Positions 25,813-35,891 of a DNA stretch of 64,000 nt are shown here, in pieces. Numbering within the stretch: position 1 is the first letter of the stretch; each line of letters starts with the position of its first letter. Where the stretch lies: the NCBI GenBank assembly GCA_031404455.1, contig JANNHP010000212.1, forward strand, positions 3,419 to 67,418, in the 5' to 3' direction. A program made the position numbers and the translations under genes. The notes under the pieces were generated by a model that did not search any database, was not told the origin of the DNA, and was given only the letters and a program-made list of their open reading frames with translations. The stretch is from Planctomycetia bacterium (lineage in GTDB: Bacteria > Planctomycetota > JAJSAM01 > JAJVHW01).

Positions 25813-26193
25813 TCAGGACCGTCCCCGAAGGCAGGCGCCGCACCAGGTCGCGATCGCGAGGTGCAGCGGGACGCACGGCCAGAGCAGCGGGCCGGACATG
25901 TCTATCGCCGCCCCGGAGTACGCGAGCAGCGCCGCGACGGCCGTGTTGTAGAAGAGCATCGCCGCCAGGAGACCGCGACCGGCCGGACTCGCCGCGTCGG
26001 CGCGCGCGGCCCAGCACGCGACGCCGAGCGCGAGCAGCGCCGAACCGGCGACGCGCGCCAGCATGAGTGCGGCCGGCGTTTCGAGCGGCGCGCCGAGCAG
26101 CAGGGAGACCGTCGGCGACGGCGCGATGGCCAGCGCGGGGCCGACCGTTCCCTCGACCAGCGCCATCGCGATGAACAGGCGGCGCGCGCTCAT
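25813..26193 (-). CDS. Small 4-TM membrane protein (127 aa, unknown family)
   Basis: ATG 26191-26193 overlaps the stop of the upstream HAD fragment (ATGA). Hydrophobic helices; C-terminus ...LLWPCVPLHLAIATWCGACL. A partial paralog lies at 24415-24585. Confidence 0.7.
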   Translation of the reverse strand: MSARRLFIAMALVEGTVGPALAIAPSPTVSLLLGAPLETPAALMLARVAGSALLALGVACWAARADAASPAGRGLLAAMLFYNTAVAALLAYSGAAIDMSGPLLWPCVPLHLAIATWCGACLRGRS

Positions 26194-26474
26194 CCGTCCG
26201 CTCCTCCGGGCGCCGCCGGGCGGCTCACTTCTTCTCGGACGGGTAGATGCTCGGCCCAGAGCGTTCCGTCGTTGTCGAACACGGCGATTCGCTCGGGGAC
26301 GGGGACGAAGTCCGGCGCGCCGTCCTTCGTGACTTTCGCGACGAACTCGACGATCGACTTCCTCGCGGGTCCGTCGTTCCAGGACGGCAGCGGGCCGGTG
26401 TCCTGCGCGACGGCGGTCGCGAACGCAGCGGCGCACGCGAGGGCGAGGACGGCGAGAGTGCGGATCAGGCGCAT
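26190..26474 (-). pseudogene. HAD-like phosphatase N-terminal fragment (~75 homologous aa only)
   Basis: MRLIRTLAVLALACAAAFATAVAQDTGPLPSWNDGPARKSIVEFV...FDNDGTLWAEH, then unrelated sequence and a stop. It is shorter than the fragment in the neighbouring copy. Confidence 0.55.
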
Positions 26475-26539
26475 CTGGCGACGCTCCCTTGCTGTGTTCG
26501 AGATCGTCGGGCTGCCGCGAACGGGCCCGAGGGACGAAG

Positions 26540-26568
26540 GGCCGCACTCGAACGGATCGAGTGCGGCC
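26540..26568 (-). terminator. Perfect 12-bp hairpin 35 nt downstream of the arylsulfatase stop
   Basis: GGCCGCACTCGA-ACGGA-TCGAGTGCGGCC, read directly. Confidence 0.45.
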
Positions 26569-26602
26569 GGGTGCGTTCTCTCGGCGCTGCGTCGGCCTCG
26601 TG

Positions 26603-28168
26603 CTACTTGCCGCCGGTGCCGCGCTGGAGCGACTCCAGCACCTCGTCCAGCGAGAAACTGCCGACCTTCTGGCTCGGCGGGAACTCCTTGAACGTGGCCA
26701 GGAACTGCCCGACGTATTGCTGCGCCGGCACGAGGAGGAAGACACGGTCGATCCGCCAGCGGGCGTAACCGATGGCGTCGCGGTCGGCCATCTCGAACGG
26801 ATCGGACCGCAGGTTGAAGAGCTTCGGCAGGCGCAGTTGCGTGAACGGCTCCTGCCAGACGTCGAAGCCGTGAGCGCGTTGTTCCGCGAACACGAGCTTC
26901 CACTGGTTGTACCGGAGGCCGACCAGCGAGCCGTCGTCGTTGAAGTAGAAGAACTCGCGGCGCGGATCGGGCGACTTGCCGGCGAGCGCGTCGGTGATGT
27001 CGTAGCCGTCGAGGTGGACCTTGAAGTCCTTGTCGCCGGCCTTCATGCCCTTGAGCAGCTTGTTCTTCACGTCGGGGTCGCCGGCGGCGGCGAGCAGCGT
27101 CGGCAGCATGTCCTCATGGGCGAAGATGTCGTTGCTGACCGTGCCGGGTTTGACGACTCCGGGCCAGCGGATGGCGCAAGGGACGCGGTAGCCGCCCTCC
27201 CAGTTGGTTGCCTTCTCGTTCCGGAAGGGCGTCGTGCCGCCGTCGGGCCAACTGAAGGACTCGGCACCGTTGTCGGTGGAGTACATGACGATGGTGTTCT
27301 CTTCGAGACCCAGCTCCTTCAGCTTGTCGAGCACCTGCCCGACCATGCCGTCGTGCTCGACCATGCCGTCGGGGTAGATGCCGAGGCCGGTCTTGCCCTG
27401 GCTCTCCTTCTTCAGATGCGTGTGGATGTGCATGCGGGTGGAGTTCCACCAGAGGAAGAAGGGCTTGTCGGCCTTCTTGGCGTCGGTCATGAACCGCAGC
27501 GCTTCCTTGGTGACCTCTTCGTCGATGGTCTCCATCCGCTTCTTCCCCAGCGGGCCGGTGGGTTCGATCTTCTGCGTGCCGTCGGCGTTGGCCCAGCAGT
27601 GGAGGACGCCGCGCGTCTGGTGCTTCGCGATCATGGCGGGATCTTTGAAGTAGTCCTCGTTCTCGAACTCCTCCTCGGCGTTCAGGTGGTAAAGCGAGCC
27701 GAAGAACTCGTCGAACCCGTGGGCCGTCGGCAGGTGCTCGTCGCGGTCGCCGAGGTGGTTCTTGCCGAACTGGCCGGTCGCGTAGCCGCGGGCCTTGAGC
27801 AGTTCGGCGATCGTGACGTCCTTGGCTTGCAGCCCCTCCTTCGCGCCCGGCAGGCCGACCTTGAGCATGCCCGTGCGGAAGCCGACCTGGCCGGTGATGA
27901 AGGACGCGCGACCGGCGGTGCAGCTCTGCTGCCCGTACCAGTCGGTGAAGAGGGCACCCTCCTTCGCGATGCGGTCGATGTTGGGAGTCTTGTAGCCCAT
28001 CATCCCGTGGTTGTAGGCGCTGACGTTCCAGTAGCCGATGTCGTCGCCCCAGATGATGAGGATGTTCGGCGGCTTCGCGTCCGCGGCGTGCGCGGGTGAC
28101 GTTCCACCCGACACCGCAGCAGCCGCGACCAGCAGCAGCGCGCCCGAGCGCGCGAGTCCCTGACCCAT
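26603..28168 (-). CDS. Arylsulfatase (formylglycine-dependent sulfatase family), secreted
   Basis: ATG is preceded by AGGAGGGA and followed by a signal peptide. Contains PNILIIWGDDIGYWN, the active-site SCTAGRASFITG (CxAxR) motif and GKNHLGD. Full length at 521 aa. Confidence 0.9.
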   Translation of the reverse strand: MGQGLARSGALLLVAAAAVSGGTSPAHAADAKPPNILIIWGDDIGYWNVSAYNHGMMGYKTPNIDRIAKEGALFTDWYGQQSCTAGRASFITGQVGFRTGMLKVGLPGAKEGLQAKDVTIAELLKARGYATGQFGKNHLGDRDEHLPTAHGFDEFFGSLYHLNAEEEFENEDYFKDPAMIAKHQTRGVLHCWANADGTQKIEPTGPLGKKRMETIDEEVTKEALRFMTDAKKADKPFFLWWNSTRMHIHTHLKKESQGKTGLGIYPDGMVEHDGMVGQVLDKLKELGLEENTIVMYSTDNGAESFSWPDGGTTPFRNEKATNWEGGYRVPCAIRWPGVVKPGTVSNDIFAHEDMLPTLLAAAGDPDVKNKLLKGMKAGDKDFKVHLDGYDITDALAGKSPDPRREFFYFNDDGSLVGLRYNQWKLVFAEQRAHGFDVWQEPFTQLRLPKLFNLRSDPFEMADRDAIGYARWRIDRVFLLVPAQQYVGQFLATFKEFPPSQKVGSFSLDEVLESLQRGTGGK

Positions 28169-28335
28169 GCTTCATTCCCTCCTGTCGCCATCCGTCGCAC
28201 CGTCCGGGGTTCCGTCCGTGCTCGTCCGGATTTCAGCGCGAGAGGATCGCACATCGGGCCGAGCGATCCTCGGGTTCTCTGCCCGCGCGCGCGGCGCGGC
28301 GGACTTCCGTGAAGACGAGATGAAGGACCCGCGAA

Positions 28336-30253
28336 TCAGTTCGCGCGGTTCGTGAGCACGAGCGGCGCGCGGGCGTCCTCGTCCATCGCCTCGAAGATCG
28401 CGCGCAGCATCGGGTACTGCGCGGCCGGGACGACGTCGCGCTCGATGCGCAGGTCGCGCTCGACCACGATGCTGCCGTCGGGTGCGGCCGAGTAGCGGCT
28501 CGTGAAGCGCCCGATCGCGTTCTGGGCGGAGCGCCCCTTCGGCAGGCGCGCGCTGCGTCCCGCGGGGATCCGGATCGTGTGACGCCACGCGACACTCACC
28601 GCGCCGACGACGGTCGGGAAGTTCCGGCTCGCGTGCGAGAGGAACTCGCGCCCCTTCTGCGGGCTCAGGAAGTCGGTGCCGGCGGGCGTAGTGAACCACG
28701 CCTCGGAGTCCATGGCGACGGCGTGCTCCGAGCGCCAGACGCCCTTGCACGCGAGCGGGGTCGAGAGATCCATGGGATCGGAACACTCGATCCGCCCGAA
28801 GCCGCCCTCCGGCGTCCGCGCGAGGAGATCGTCGGCGAGACCTTCGCCGGTGGCGTCGCCCGCGAGGATCGCGCGCAGCCGCGCCGAGGGACGGCCCTCC
28901 ACCGTCATCTTCGTGGTTCCCGAGAAGCTGCCGTCCGCGGCAAGCGCGACGTCGTGCTCGACCCGGTAGGAGTTCGCGGCAGCCGTGCCCTCGGGCGTGC
29001 GGCCCGTCGTGCCGAGCTCGGTCGCGTGGACCACGAACTTCCCGGAGAGCGCCTGCTCGAGCGAGCCGAGGTTCGCGAACGGGTTCACGGGGTTCGAGTA
29101 CACGTCGAAGTCGGGCAGGTACGCCATGCAGTGGTCGAACTGCGACGGCGACGGCACGCCGAGCTCGCGCCACGAGCGGTCCCAGTCGACGAGCACCGCG
29201 TTCGAGCGGATGCCCTTCGCGCGGAGCAGCGCCGCGAGGAGCACGTACTGGTCCTTGCAGTCGCCGTAGCCGCGGCGCAGCACCTCGTCGGAACGGTGCG
29301 GGACCCAGCTCGATCCGGCGTCGAGCCACACCGCCACGTAACGGACCTCGCGGCAGACGTACCGGTGCATCGCCTTCGCGACGTCGATGCCCTTCATGTC
29401 AAGGGCGAGCTTGTCGGCGAGCGCCTGGATCTCGGGGCGTGACCTTGATGTTCGGCTCGGCCGCCGCGTGGAAGAGGGCGCCGAGACGCTCCCACTTCGC
29501 GAGGGAGGACACGACGAACGACGGGACGACGTCCTGCGAGGCGACCATCGACGGCTCTCGCCGCATCCCCGGCCAGTCCGCGAGCCGCGCGGTGACAACG
29601 CTGCCCGCGTCGTTCGCCGATTCGTTCGCGGTGAAACCGCCGCGCTCCGCGTGACGGAGCACGACGCCGTTCGGGTACGAGACGCGCACGACCGCCTCGC
29701 CGATCGGCAGGCAGAGCTCCGGCTCGTAGAGGTAGTGGAATCCCAAGTACGGCGCCGACCTGCTCGTCAGCCGCCACCGCACGTGGGTCTTCGCGCCTAC
29801 GTCGAGCTGCGGGAAGAGCACCGTGGTCGTCTGCGTCGAGACGAACCCGGGCGCGTCCTCCGCGGCGCGGGACGGCCGCGTGATGATCTGGTCGCCGCGC
29901 ACGCCGACGCGCTCGCCGCCCCGTGTCACCGCGTACGCCTCCTCGACTGCGAGCGTCTCCGTCGCCGGATCGAAGAGCATCTCCGCGCGCTGACCGGCGC
30001 GGACGCCGGCCGAGGTGAGGAGCGTCCGCGTCGTCTCGATCGTCGCGGTGTACGAGTAGTCGTTCGACACGTCGACGTCCACCGCGTGCCGGTCGATCCG
30101 CACCGCGGCGGTGTCGAGGCCGAGTTCCACCTCCGCGTGCGGCGCACCGATGCCGATGCTCGCTCCGACTCCGAAGAGGCCGACGCCCATCCGGCAGCCG
30201 GTGAGGCAGAGAACGACGACGAGGCAGCGCAGAGCGGTGGAGCGGTCGGGCAT
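28336..30253 (-). pseudogene. DUF3857 + transglutaminase-like cysteine protease lipoprotein, interrupted by a +1 frameshift at a G4 run (29434-29437)
   Basis: The N-terminal ORF (start ATG 30251-30253, lipobox CLTGC, DUF3857-like) ends ...AAAEPNIKVTP. The downstream ORF resumes ...EIQALADKLALDMKG and carries the transglutaminase core RRGYGDCKDQ. Removing one C from the coding-strand ACGCCCCGAG restores a single reading frame of about 638 aa. Confidence 0.8.
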
Positions 30254-30305
30254 GGAGAACCCTTTCACGAGGAGGCGCGCGGATCGGGGAATCGGGCGGG
30301 AGAAG

Positions 30306-31361
30306 CTATCCCGGTTCGTCGCCGGGATCGAATCCACGGTGCGCCGCGCTCTCCTTCACCGAGGCGATGTGCATCAGCGCGTCGCCCTGCGTCACGAGCG
30401 GATTCTCGAGCCGGCCGATGATCATCCCGTCGCGGGGCGCCCTCACCGGCACGGCACCCGTCTCCTCGTGCCCGCGCCCGCGGCGCACGCCGATCGACCC
30501 GACGCGCTGTCCCTTGCGGACGCTGTCGCCGAGTTTCACCGTCGGAACGAAGAACCCGCTCCACTCCGCTCGAACCCAGGCCGAGTCCCAGCAGTGCTTG
30601 CGCGTCGGACGCACGCGATCGGGAGACTTCCGCATCCCGAGGTGGTCCATCACGGCGAGCACGCCGCGCACGCCGGTCTCGACCGCTTTCGCGTCGTAGC
30701 GCAACGCCTCCCCCGCCTCGTAGAGCACGCACGGGATGCCGCGGCGGCCGGCCGACTCGCGGAGCGATCCGTCGCGGAGCGCCGCGTGCAGCGCGATCGG
30801 GGACCCGAAAGCCTCGGCCATCCCGCGGGCCACGGGGTCCTCGAGGTTCGCCCGGATCTGCGGCAGGTTCGAACGGTGGATGGCGCCCGTGTGGAGGTCG
30901 ATCCCGTGCGTGCACCGCGAGACGACGGTGTCGAGGAAGGCGCGCGCGACGCGCGCCGTGAGCGAGCCCCGTTTCGATCCCGGGAACGACCGGTTGAGGT
31001 CGCGCCGGTCGGGCAGGTAGCGGGTCTGGTGGATGATCCCGAACGCGTTGAGCAGCGGGATCGCGATCACCGTGCCGCTGAGGCGCGCCGGATCGATCGC
31101 GTCCATCACGTCGCGCACGATCGGAACGCTGTTCACCTCGTCGCCGTGGATGCAGGCGCTCACCCAGAGCGTCGGGCCGGGACGAGCGCCGTGGAAGACG
31201 TGCAGCGGGATCTTGATCGGCTCCTGGATGTAGAGCCAGCCGAGGACCAGGCTGCCGACGCCCGACTCGCCCGGCGCGACGCTCACGTCGCCGAGATCGA
31301 AGTTCCCGTGCTTCTTCGAAGCGCTTCGGCGACGACCGCGCGCTTGCGGCTTCCTCTCCAT
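30306..31361 (-). CDS. Succinylglutamate desuccinylase/aspartoacylase (AstE/AspA, M14-like zinc deacylase) family protein
   Basis: ATG 31359-31361 (MERKPQ). Contains VSACIHGDEVNS (HxxE zinc site), DLNRSFPG and IDLHTG motifs. Confidence 0.85.
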   Translation of the reverse strand: MERKPQARGRRRSASKKHGNFDLGDVSVAPGESGVGSLVLGWLYIQEPIKIPLHVFHGARPGPTLWVSACIHGDEVNSVPIVRDVMDAIDPARLSGTVIAIPLLNAFGIIHQTRYLPDRRDLNRSFPGSKRGSLTARVARAFLDTVVSRCTHGIDLHTGAIHRSNLPQIRANLEDPVARGMAEAFGSPIALHAALRDGSLRESAGRRGIPCVLYEAGEALRYDAKAVETGVRGVLAVMDHLGMRKSPDRVRPTRKHCWDSAWVRAEWSGFFVPTVKLGDSVRKGQRVGSIGVRRGRGHEETGAVPVRAPRDGMIIGRLENPLVTQGDALMHIASVKESAAHRGFDPGDEPG

Positions 31362-31371
31362 GGGAGCCCTT

Positions 31372-32397
31372 CTACTTTCCCGCGGGCAAGAGGAACGTGA
31401 CGCTGAACCGGAAGCCGAAGCCCTCGGCACCGAACTCAGACCGCTCCGCCCAATAGCGAACGCCGAACTGGAACTGCACGGGGAGCTTTCCGAGACGGAC
31501 GAGCTTCGCGACGGCGAGGTTGAGCGGCACCGCGAGATCGTCTTCGAGCCAGTCGTACGTCGATTCCGCGTTGAGCGAGAACGTCCACACGTCGGGCGTC
31601 GTGTACGAGAGGAACGGCTGGATGAACGACCGGTTCACCTCGCTCGCGCCGCCGCCCGCGAAGGACCAGACGTGGTTCACGAGCCCGCCGTACGTCCAGC
31701 CGTGCTCCTGCTTCAGGAAAACGGCCGTGGGTCCCGTGCCCCACTTGTCGCCGCCGAGGTACTGGTTCTCGGCCGTCGGGATGAGGAACACGGGCCCCAC
31801 GCCCCAGATCCACCCGGACTCAGTCGGCGCCTTGGGAGAGAAGAAGAGGCTCTGCGTGATGTCGCCGACGCCCGACTGTCCGCCGGTCCCGGGCACCACG
31901 TCCTCCTGGTCGATGATCGGCACGATCGTGCGCGAGATCATGTTCCAGTCCTCGTTCAGCGAGATCGGGATGACGGGCTGCACGTTCATGACGAACTGCT
32001 TGCCGCGGCCGTCCGGACCCATCCCCGAATTCCAGTTCGACTGGAAGGGGATGCTGATGAGCGCCGCGATCGGGTTCGAGAGCTTCTTGGCGAGCTCCTG
32101 TTCGTCGCCGCCGCCCGGTTCCGCGGCAGGCGCCGCCGTCTCGTCCGATCCCATGGCGCGGTCGTCCGCGCGGAGCCACGCCGACGACGACGTCCCCCCT
32201 AACTGCGCGACGGGGACTCGCGCGGCGAACGTCGCGACGGCGCCGGAAAGTTCCGAATCGGGTGTGGCGGCGACCGGAATCGAGACGGGCGCGGCTGCAT
32301 CGACCGGGCGGCCGAGATCGCGCGCGTCGAACGCTGCGCCGGGCGAGGCGCATCCGGCGGCGAAGGTCACGGCGATGAGAGGCAGACGGGATCGCAT
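31372..32397 (-). CDS. Outer-membrane beta-barrel protein (MetA/phenol-degradation-type transporter-like)
   Basis: Lipobox-like signal FAAGC. Contains LAKKLSNPIAALISIPFQSNWN and an alternating beta-strand pattern, with a barrel-like C-terminal FSVTFLLPAGK. GGAGGA lies upstream of the ATG. Confidence 0.7.
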   Translation of the reverse strand: MRSRLPLIAVTFAAGCASPGAAFDARDLGRPVDAAAPVSIPVAATPDSELSGAVATFAARVPVAQLGGTSSSAWLRADDRAMGSDETAAPAAEPGGGDEQELAKKLSNPIAALISIPFQSNWNSGMGPDGRGKQFVMNVQPVIPISLNEDWNMISRTIVPIIDQEDVVPGTGGQSGVGDITQSLFFSPKAPTESGWIWGVGPVFLIPTAENQYLGGDKWGTGPTAVFLKQEHGWTYGGLVNHVWSFAGGGASEVNRSFIQPFLSYTTPDVWTFSLNAESTYDWLEDDLAVPLNLAVAKLVRLGKLPVQFQFGVRYWAERSEFGAEGFGFRFSVTFLLPAGK

Positions 32398-32654
32398 GGG
32401 GTGTTCCTCCGGAGGACCGCGGCTTCTCGCGTGCGGTTGCGGAGGTGTCTACCAGACGGGGCGAGTCCACGCCCGCTCGGCTGTCCGCTCGGTGACGCCG
32501 GTCGCCGCGCGGTCAGCCGTCCTTTCGGCCGGGCGAGGGGAAGGACGCCGGGAAGAGATGGTGGAGCCGCCTTCCGGCGATGTCCGGAATCACGAGGAGG
32601 AGCGCCGCCACGAACGTGCGGCGCATCCGGACTCGGCGGCGGCTCGATTCCGGG

Positions 32655-33344
32655 CTACTTGGCCGGGCGCATCCCGTGTTCGAGGAGACGCTTGGTGGTG
32701 CGTTCGGCCCAGAGGTCGAACGCGGACTTCACGTCGGCCCAACTGGAGAGGACGTTGCGCGTGACGCCCGTGCCCACGCGACGGTCCAGCGCGGCGCCGA
32801 GCTGCTCGCCGGACTCCGAGTCGAGGATCTCCAGCTCTGCGCTCGCCTTGCCTGTGTTGATGCCGGAGCCGGTCACGAGCTTCTTCCCGGTCGAGAGGAC
32901 GACGCCGAACGGTACGATGCGCGAGAACGGCGTCAGGGCACCCACGGCCGAGTCGGCATCCGTGAGGCACGACCTGATGCGGAGCACGCCCGCACCCGGA
33001 GCCTCGACGAGGTTGAACTTCGCGCCGAGCGAGTCCTTGAGCGCCTGGTCGAAGGCGCCGAGGAGGTACGCCGTGTCCTCGGGGCCGATCGCGAGGAGCA
33101 TCTCCTGCGACATCCTCGCCTCGGGGCGTTCGACGAGGATTCCCGTGTAGCTCGAGAGATCGACGCCCGGCTTCACGTAGACGAACGCGGCCCGGTCCGA
33201 GTCGCCGGTCGCGGTGAGGCCCGCGTACGACGAGAGATAACCGGACTGCTTGATGTCCTCGGCATTGCCGGCGTTCGTCGCGGCGCAGCCGGCGGCGAGG
33301 ACGAATCCCGCGGCGAGCAAGACTGGGGCGAGTGCCTTGTGCAT
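32655..33344 (-). CDS. DUF3313 domain lipoprotein, copy 2
   Basis: ATG 33342-33344 (MHKALAPVLLAAGFVLAAGC), then SGYLSSYAGL. It is a paralog of 18102..18671. Confidence 0.8.
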   Translation of the reverse strand: MHKALAPVLLAAGFVLAAGCAATNAGNAEDIKQSGYLSSYAGLTATGDSDRAAFVYVKPGVDLSSYTGILVERPEARMSQEMLLAIGPEDTAYLLGAFDQALKDSLGAKFNLVEAPGAGVLRIRSCLTDADSAVGALTPFSRIVPFGVVLSTGKKLVTGSGINTGKASAELEILDSESGEQLGAALDRRVGTGVTRNVLSSWADVKSAFDLWAERTTKRLLEHGMRPAK

Positions 33345-33525
33345 GTCGGACTCCTGGAATGCGGTGGGTACGGCTCCTGAAGACAACGAGGCAATTCTAA
33401 ACACGACTCGCCCGCAACGACGCCCACCAATGTTCGCTTCCCGAAGGCGGCCCGCGAGCTCGGCCGTCGAACCCGGACTCAACGCGCAGTTCATGCGATT
33501 CGCGCGGATCCCGGCGAAATGCCCG

Positions 33526-35826
33526 TCACTTCAGCGAACGGACGAGATCGGCGATCTGCGGGTTCCCCGGCACGAGCGCAGCGAGAGCCTCCGCGAACTT
33601 CAGCGCCTGGACCGTGTGGCCCGCGTCGCGGTGCAGCGAGACGAGCATCATGAGCAGATCGGCGTCCCCGGGATGGCCGAGATGCGCCTCGCCGAGGATC
33701 GCGAGCGCGGCATCGCGATCGCCTCCGTCGTTCAGGGCGAGCGCGTGCGCGATGACGAAGCGGGAGTTCTCGGGCGCGAGCTGCGACGCACGGGCCAACT
33801 CGGCCATCGCCTCGGTTCGCTTCCCCGCGCGTACGAGGGCGAGACCGAGCGCGTGGTGCAGCGTCGCGTCGTCCGGCGCGACGCGCAGGCCATCGCGGAG
33901 GACCTGGACGGAGCCCTTTTCGTCGGCCCGCATCCGCAGGATGTCGGCGAGGTTCAGGTACGCGCCCCCGAACGCCGGCTCCAGACGCAGCGCCGCGCGC
34001 GCCTCCGTCTCGGCGCGGGCGAGGTCCTTCCGCTCGATCGCGACCGACGAGAGGTTGAGGTGCGCCTCGGGACGGTCGCCGTTGATCGTCTGCGCGCGGA
34101 CGTACTCGGCGAGCGCGGCGGCCACCTGCTTCGCCCCGTCCGGTCCGAACACCGCATCGGGGATGCCGACCGACGACCGCCCCGCCTCGATCCTGACGGC
34201 GCGGACGGAGTCCGCCGCGAGCAGCGCAACGAGCGGCACGCGCGACGGGAGCGGCAGACCGCGGACCGCGCGCGCGGCGGCGACGCGCACGAGCGGATCG
34301 GCGTCGCGCGCGGCGGCGCCGAGAACCCGCTCCGAGTCCGCACCCGCCTGCCGCACGAGGAGATCGGTCGCCGTCGCGCGCACGATGCCCGGCGTGTCCG
34401 GATCGGCGATCACCGCGGTGAGCTTCGCGACCGCACCCGGGAGCGCGCGGCGCCCCGCGTCGATCGCGTCGCCGAAGTGCGGCTTCCTCCAGCGTCCCTC
34501 GGGGTACCACTTCTCCACCGCGGACTGCGACCACGCGGCGTCCTTGTCGGAGTGGCAACCCGAGGCGTTGCACGAGTTCGGGGTCCCGATCCTGAGCGTG
34601 ACGTCCGGGCGCGGCACGCGCAGGCTGTGGTCGAGACGGACGTCGACGCCCATGTAGGTCTTCGCAGGCATGTGGCACTTCACGCACGCAGCGCCGTCGG
34701 TGCCCATCTCGTGGAAGTGGTGCGACTTCGCGTCGAAGCGCGGCGGCTCGTGGCACTTCGCGCAGAGCGCGTTGCCCTCCTCGCGGACGCGGAGCGTGTG
34801 CGGGTCGTGGCAGTCGCGGCAGCTCACACCGCGCCGGTACATGCGGCTCTGCAGGAAGGATCCGTACTCGTAGTCCTCTTCGAGGATCTGTCCGTCGGCG
34901 TGATAGACGCCCTCGTCGAGCAGCGACGGGAGGTGTGTGTCGAGGAGCGGCTTCCCGTGGACGTAGCGCTCCTCGATCAGCCCGCGCCGCGAGTGGCACC
35001 GCGCGCAGGTCTCGACCTCGCGGTCCTCGCCGGAGGGCCGCGAACGGACGGCCGTCCCGGTCGCGGGATCGATCACCCAGCTCTCCGGGCCGCGGTCGCG
35101 CAGGCGGACGAGGAGCCCCATCGGGTCGCCAAGGTCGCCGTAGTCCCTGGCGGGCTTTCCGGCCTTGCGGTCGTTCGCCCAGGCCACGTGCGCCGTGCCC
35201 GGGCCGTGGCACGCCTCGCAGGAGACGTCGATCTCGGTCCACGCCGTCTCGTAGGCCTCGAGCTTTCCGTTCCAGCGCTTCTCGAGTCCCGTCGAGTGGC
35301 ACTCCGCGCACATGTGGTTCCAGTTCTGGGCGCCGCGCGTCCAGTGGAGGAGGTCCCCCGCCGGGATCCGCTCGTCGCCGTAGATGTGGAACCAGCGCTG
35401 CCCGCCCGCGTCCTTCGGACGAACGTCCCAGCAGAGCGGCAGCGTCTGGTAGCGGCCGCCGGGGAACGCGACGAGGTACTGCTGGAGCGGGCGTACGCCG
35501 AAGACGTACGCGACCTCGAAGTCGGCGGGCGCGCCGTCCGGTCCCTCGGTCGTGACGACGAACTTCCCGTCGCGGCGGAAGAACCGCGACGTCACGCCGT
35601 GATGTTCGAAGGTCACGCCCGAGAAGTCGCCGAGCACCGTCGTCTCGGTCGCGACGTCCATCGCGAGATCGTGGTCGGAGCCGGCGAACGCCTTGTCCGC
35701 CGCCTCGTGGCACGGCGCGCACGTCGCGCGGCCGACGTAGCCGCCGGGCGACGCGTCGCTCGGCGAGGAGGGGTCGTCGCCGCACGCGCCGAGCGCGAAC
35801 GTGAGCAGGGCCGCCGCGAACCGCAT
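33526..35826 (-). CDS. Multihaem cytochrome c lipoprotein (cytochrome c554-like) fused to C-terminal HEAT/TPR repeats
   Basis: ATG 35824-35826 (MRFAAALLTFALGAC). It has seven CxxCH motifs (CAPCH, CAECH, CEACH, CARCH, CRDCH, CAKCH, CVKCH) plus CNASGCH (Cx4CH). The C-terminal roughly 300 aa are TPR-like (..AHLNLSSVAIERKDLARAETEARAALRLEP..). Confidence 0.85.
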   Translation of the reverse strand: MRFAAALLTFALGACGDDPSSPSDASPGGYVGRATCAPCHEAADKAFAGSDHDLAMDVATETTVLGDFSGVTFEHHGVTSRFFRRDGKFVVTTEGPDGAPADFEVAYVFGVRPLQQYLVAFPGGRYQTLPLCWDVRPKDAGGQRWFHIYGDERIPAGDLLHWTRGAQNWNHMCAECHSTGLEKRWNGKLEAYETAWTEIDVSCEACHGPGTAHVAWANDRKAGKPARDYGDLGDPMGLLVRLRDRGPESWVIDPATGTAVRSRPSGEDREVETCARCHSRRGLIEERYVHGKPLLDTHLPSLLDEGVYHADGQILEEDYEYGSFLQSRMYRRGVSCRDCHDPHTLRVREEGNALCAKCHEPPRFDAKSHHFHEMGTDGAACVKCHMPAKTYMGVDVRLDHSLRVPRPDVTLRIGTPNSCNASGCHSDKDAAWSQSAVEKWYPEGRWRKPHFGDAIDAGRRALPGAVAKLTAVIADPDTPGIVRATATDLLVRQAGADSERVLGAAARDADPLVRVAAARAVRGLPLPSRVPLVALLAADSVRAVRIEAGRSSVGIPDAVFGPDGAKQVAAALAEYVRAQTINGDRPEAHLNLSSVAIERKDLARAETEARAALRLEPAFGGAYLNLADILRMRADEKGSVQVLRDGLRVAPDDATLHHALGLALVRAGKRTEAMAELARASQLAPENSRFVIAHALALNDGGDRDAALAILGEAHLGHPGDADLLMMLVSLHRDAGHTVQALKFAEALAALVPGNPQIADLVRSLK

Positions 35827-35891
35827 GCAACGCTTCGGCGTCACGGCCTCGCTCCGTTCATCCTCGAGAGGGGGACGTCCCCGCGGGCTCC

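Noticed and set aside
25786-25831. Direct repeat AGGACCGTCCC(T/C)GAA(A)GG x2 and nearby 7-bp hairpin (25745-25762) as a mobile-element end or small RNA
   Set aside because: The repeats are short and imperfect. The second copy overlaps the stop of the membrane-protein gene. I saw no matching partner end or transposase. It is more likely a remnant of the duplication junction.
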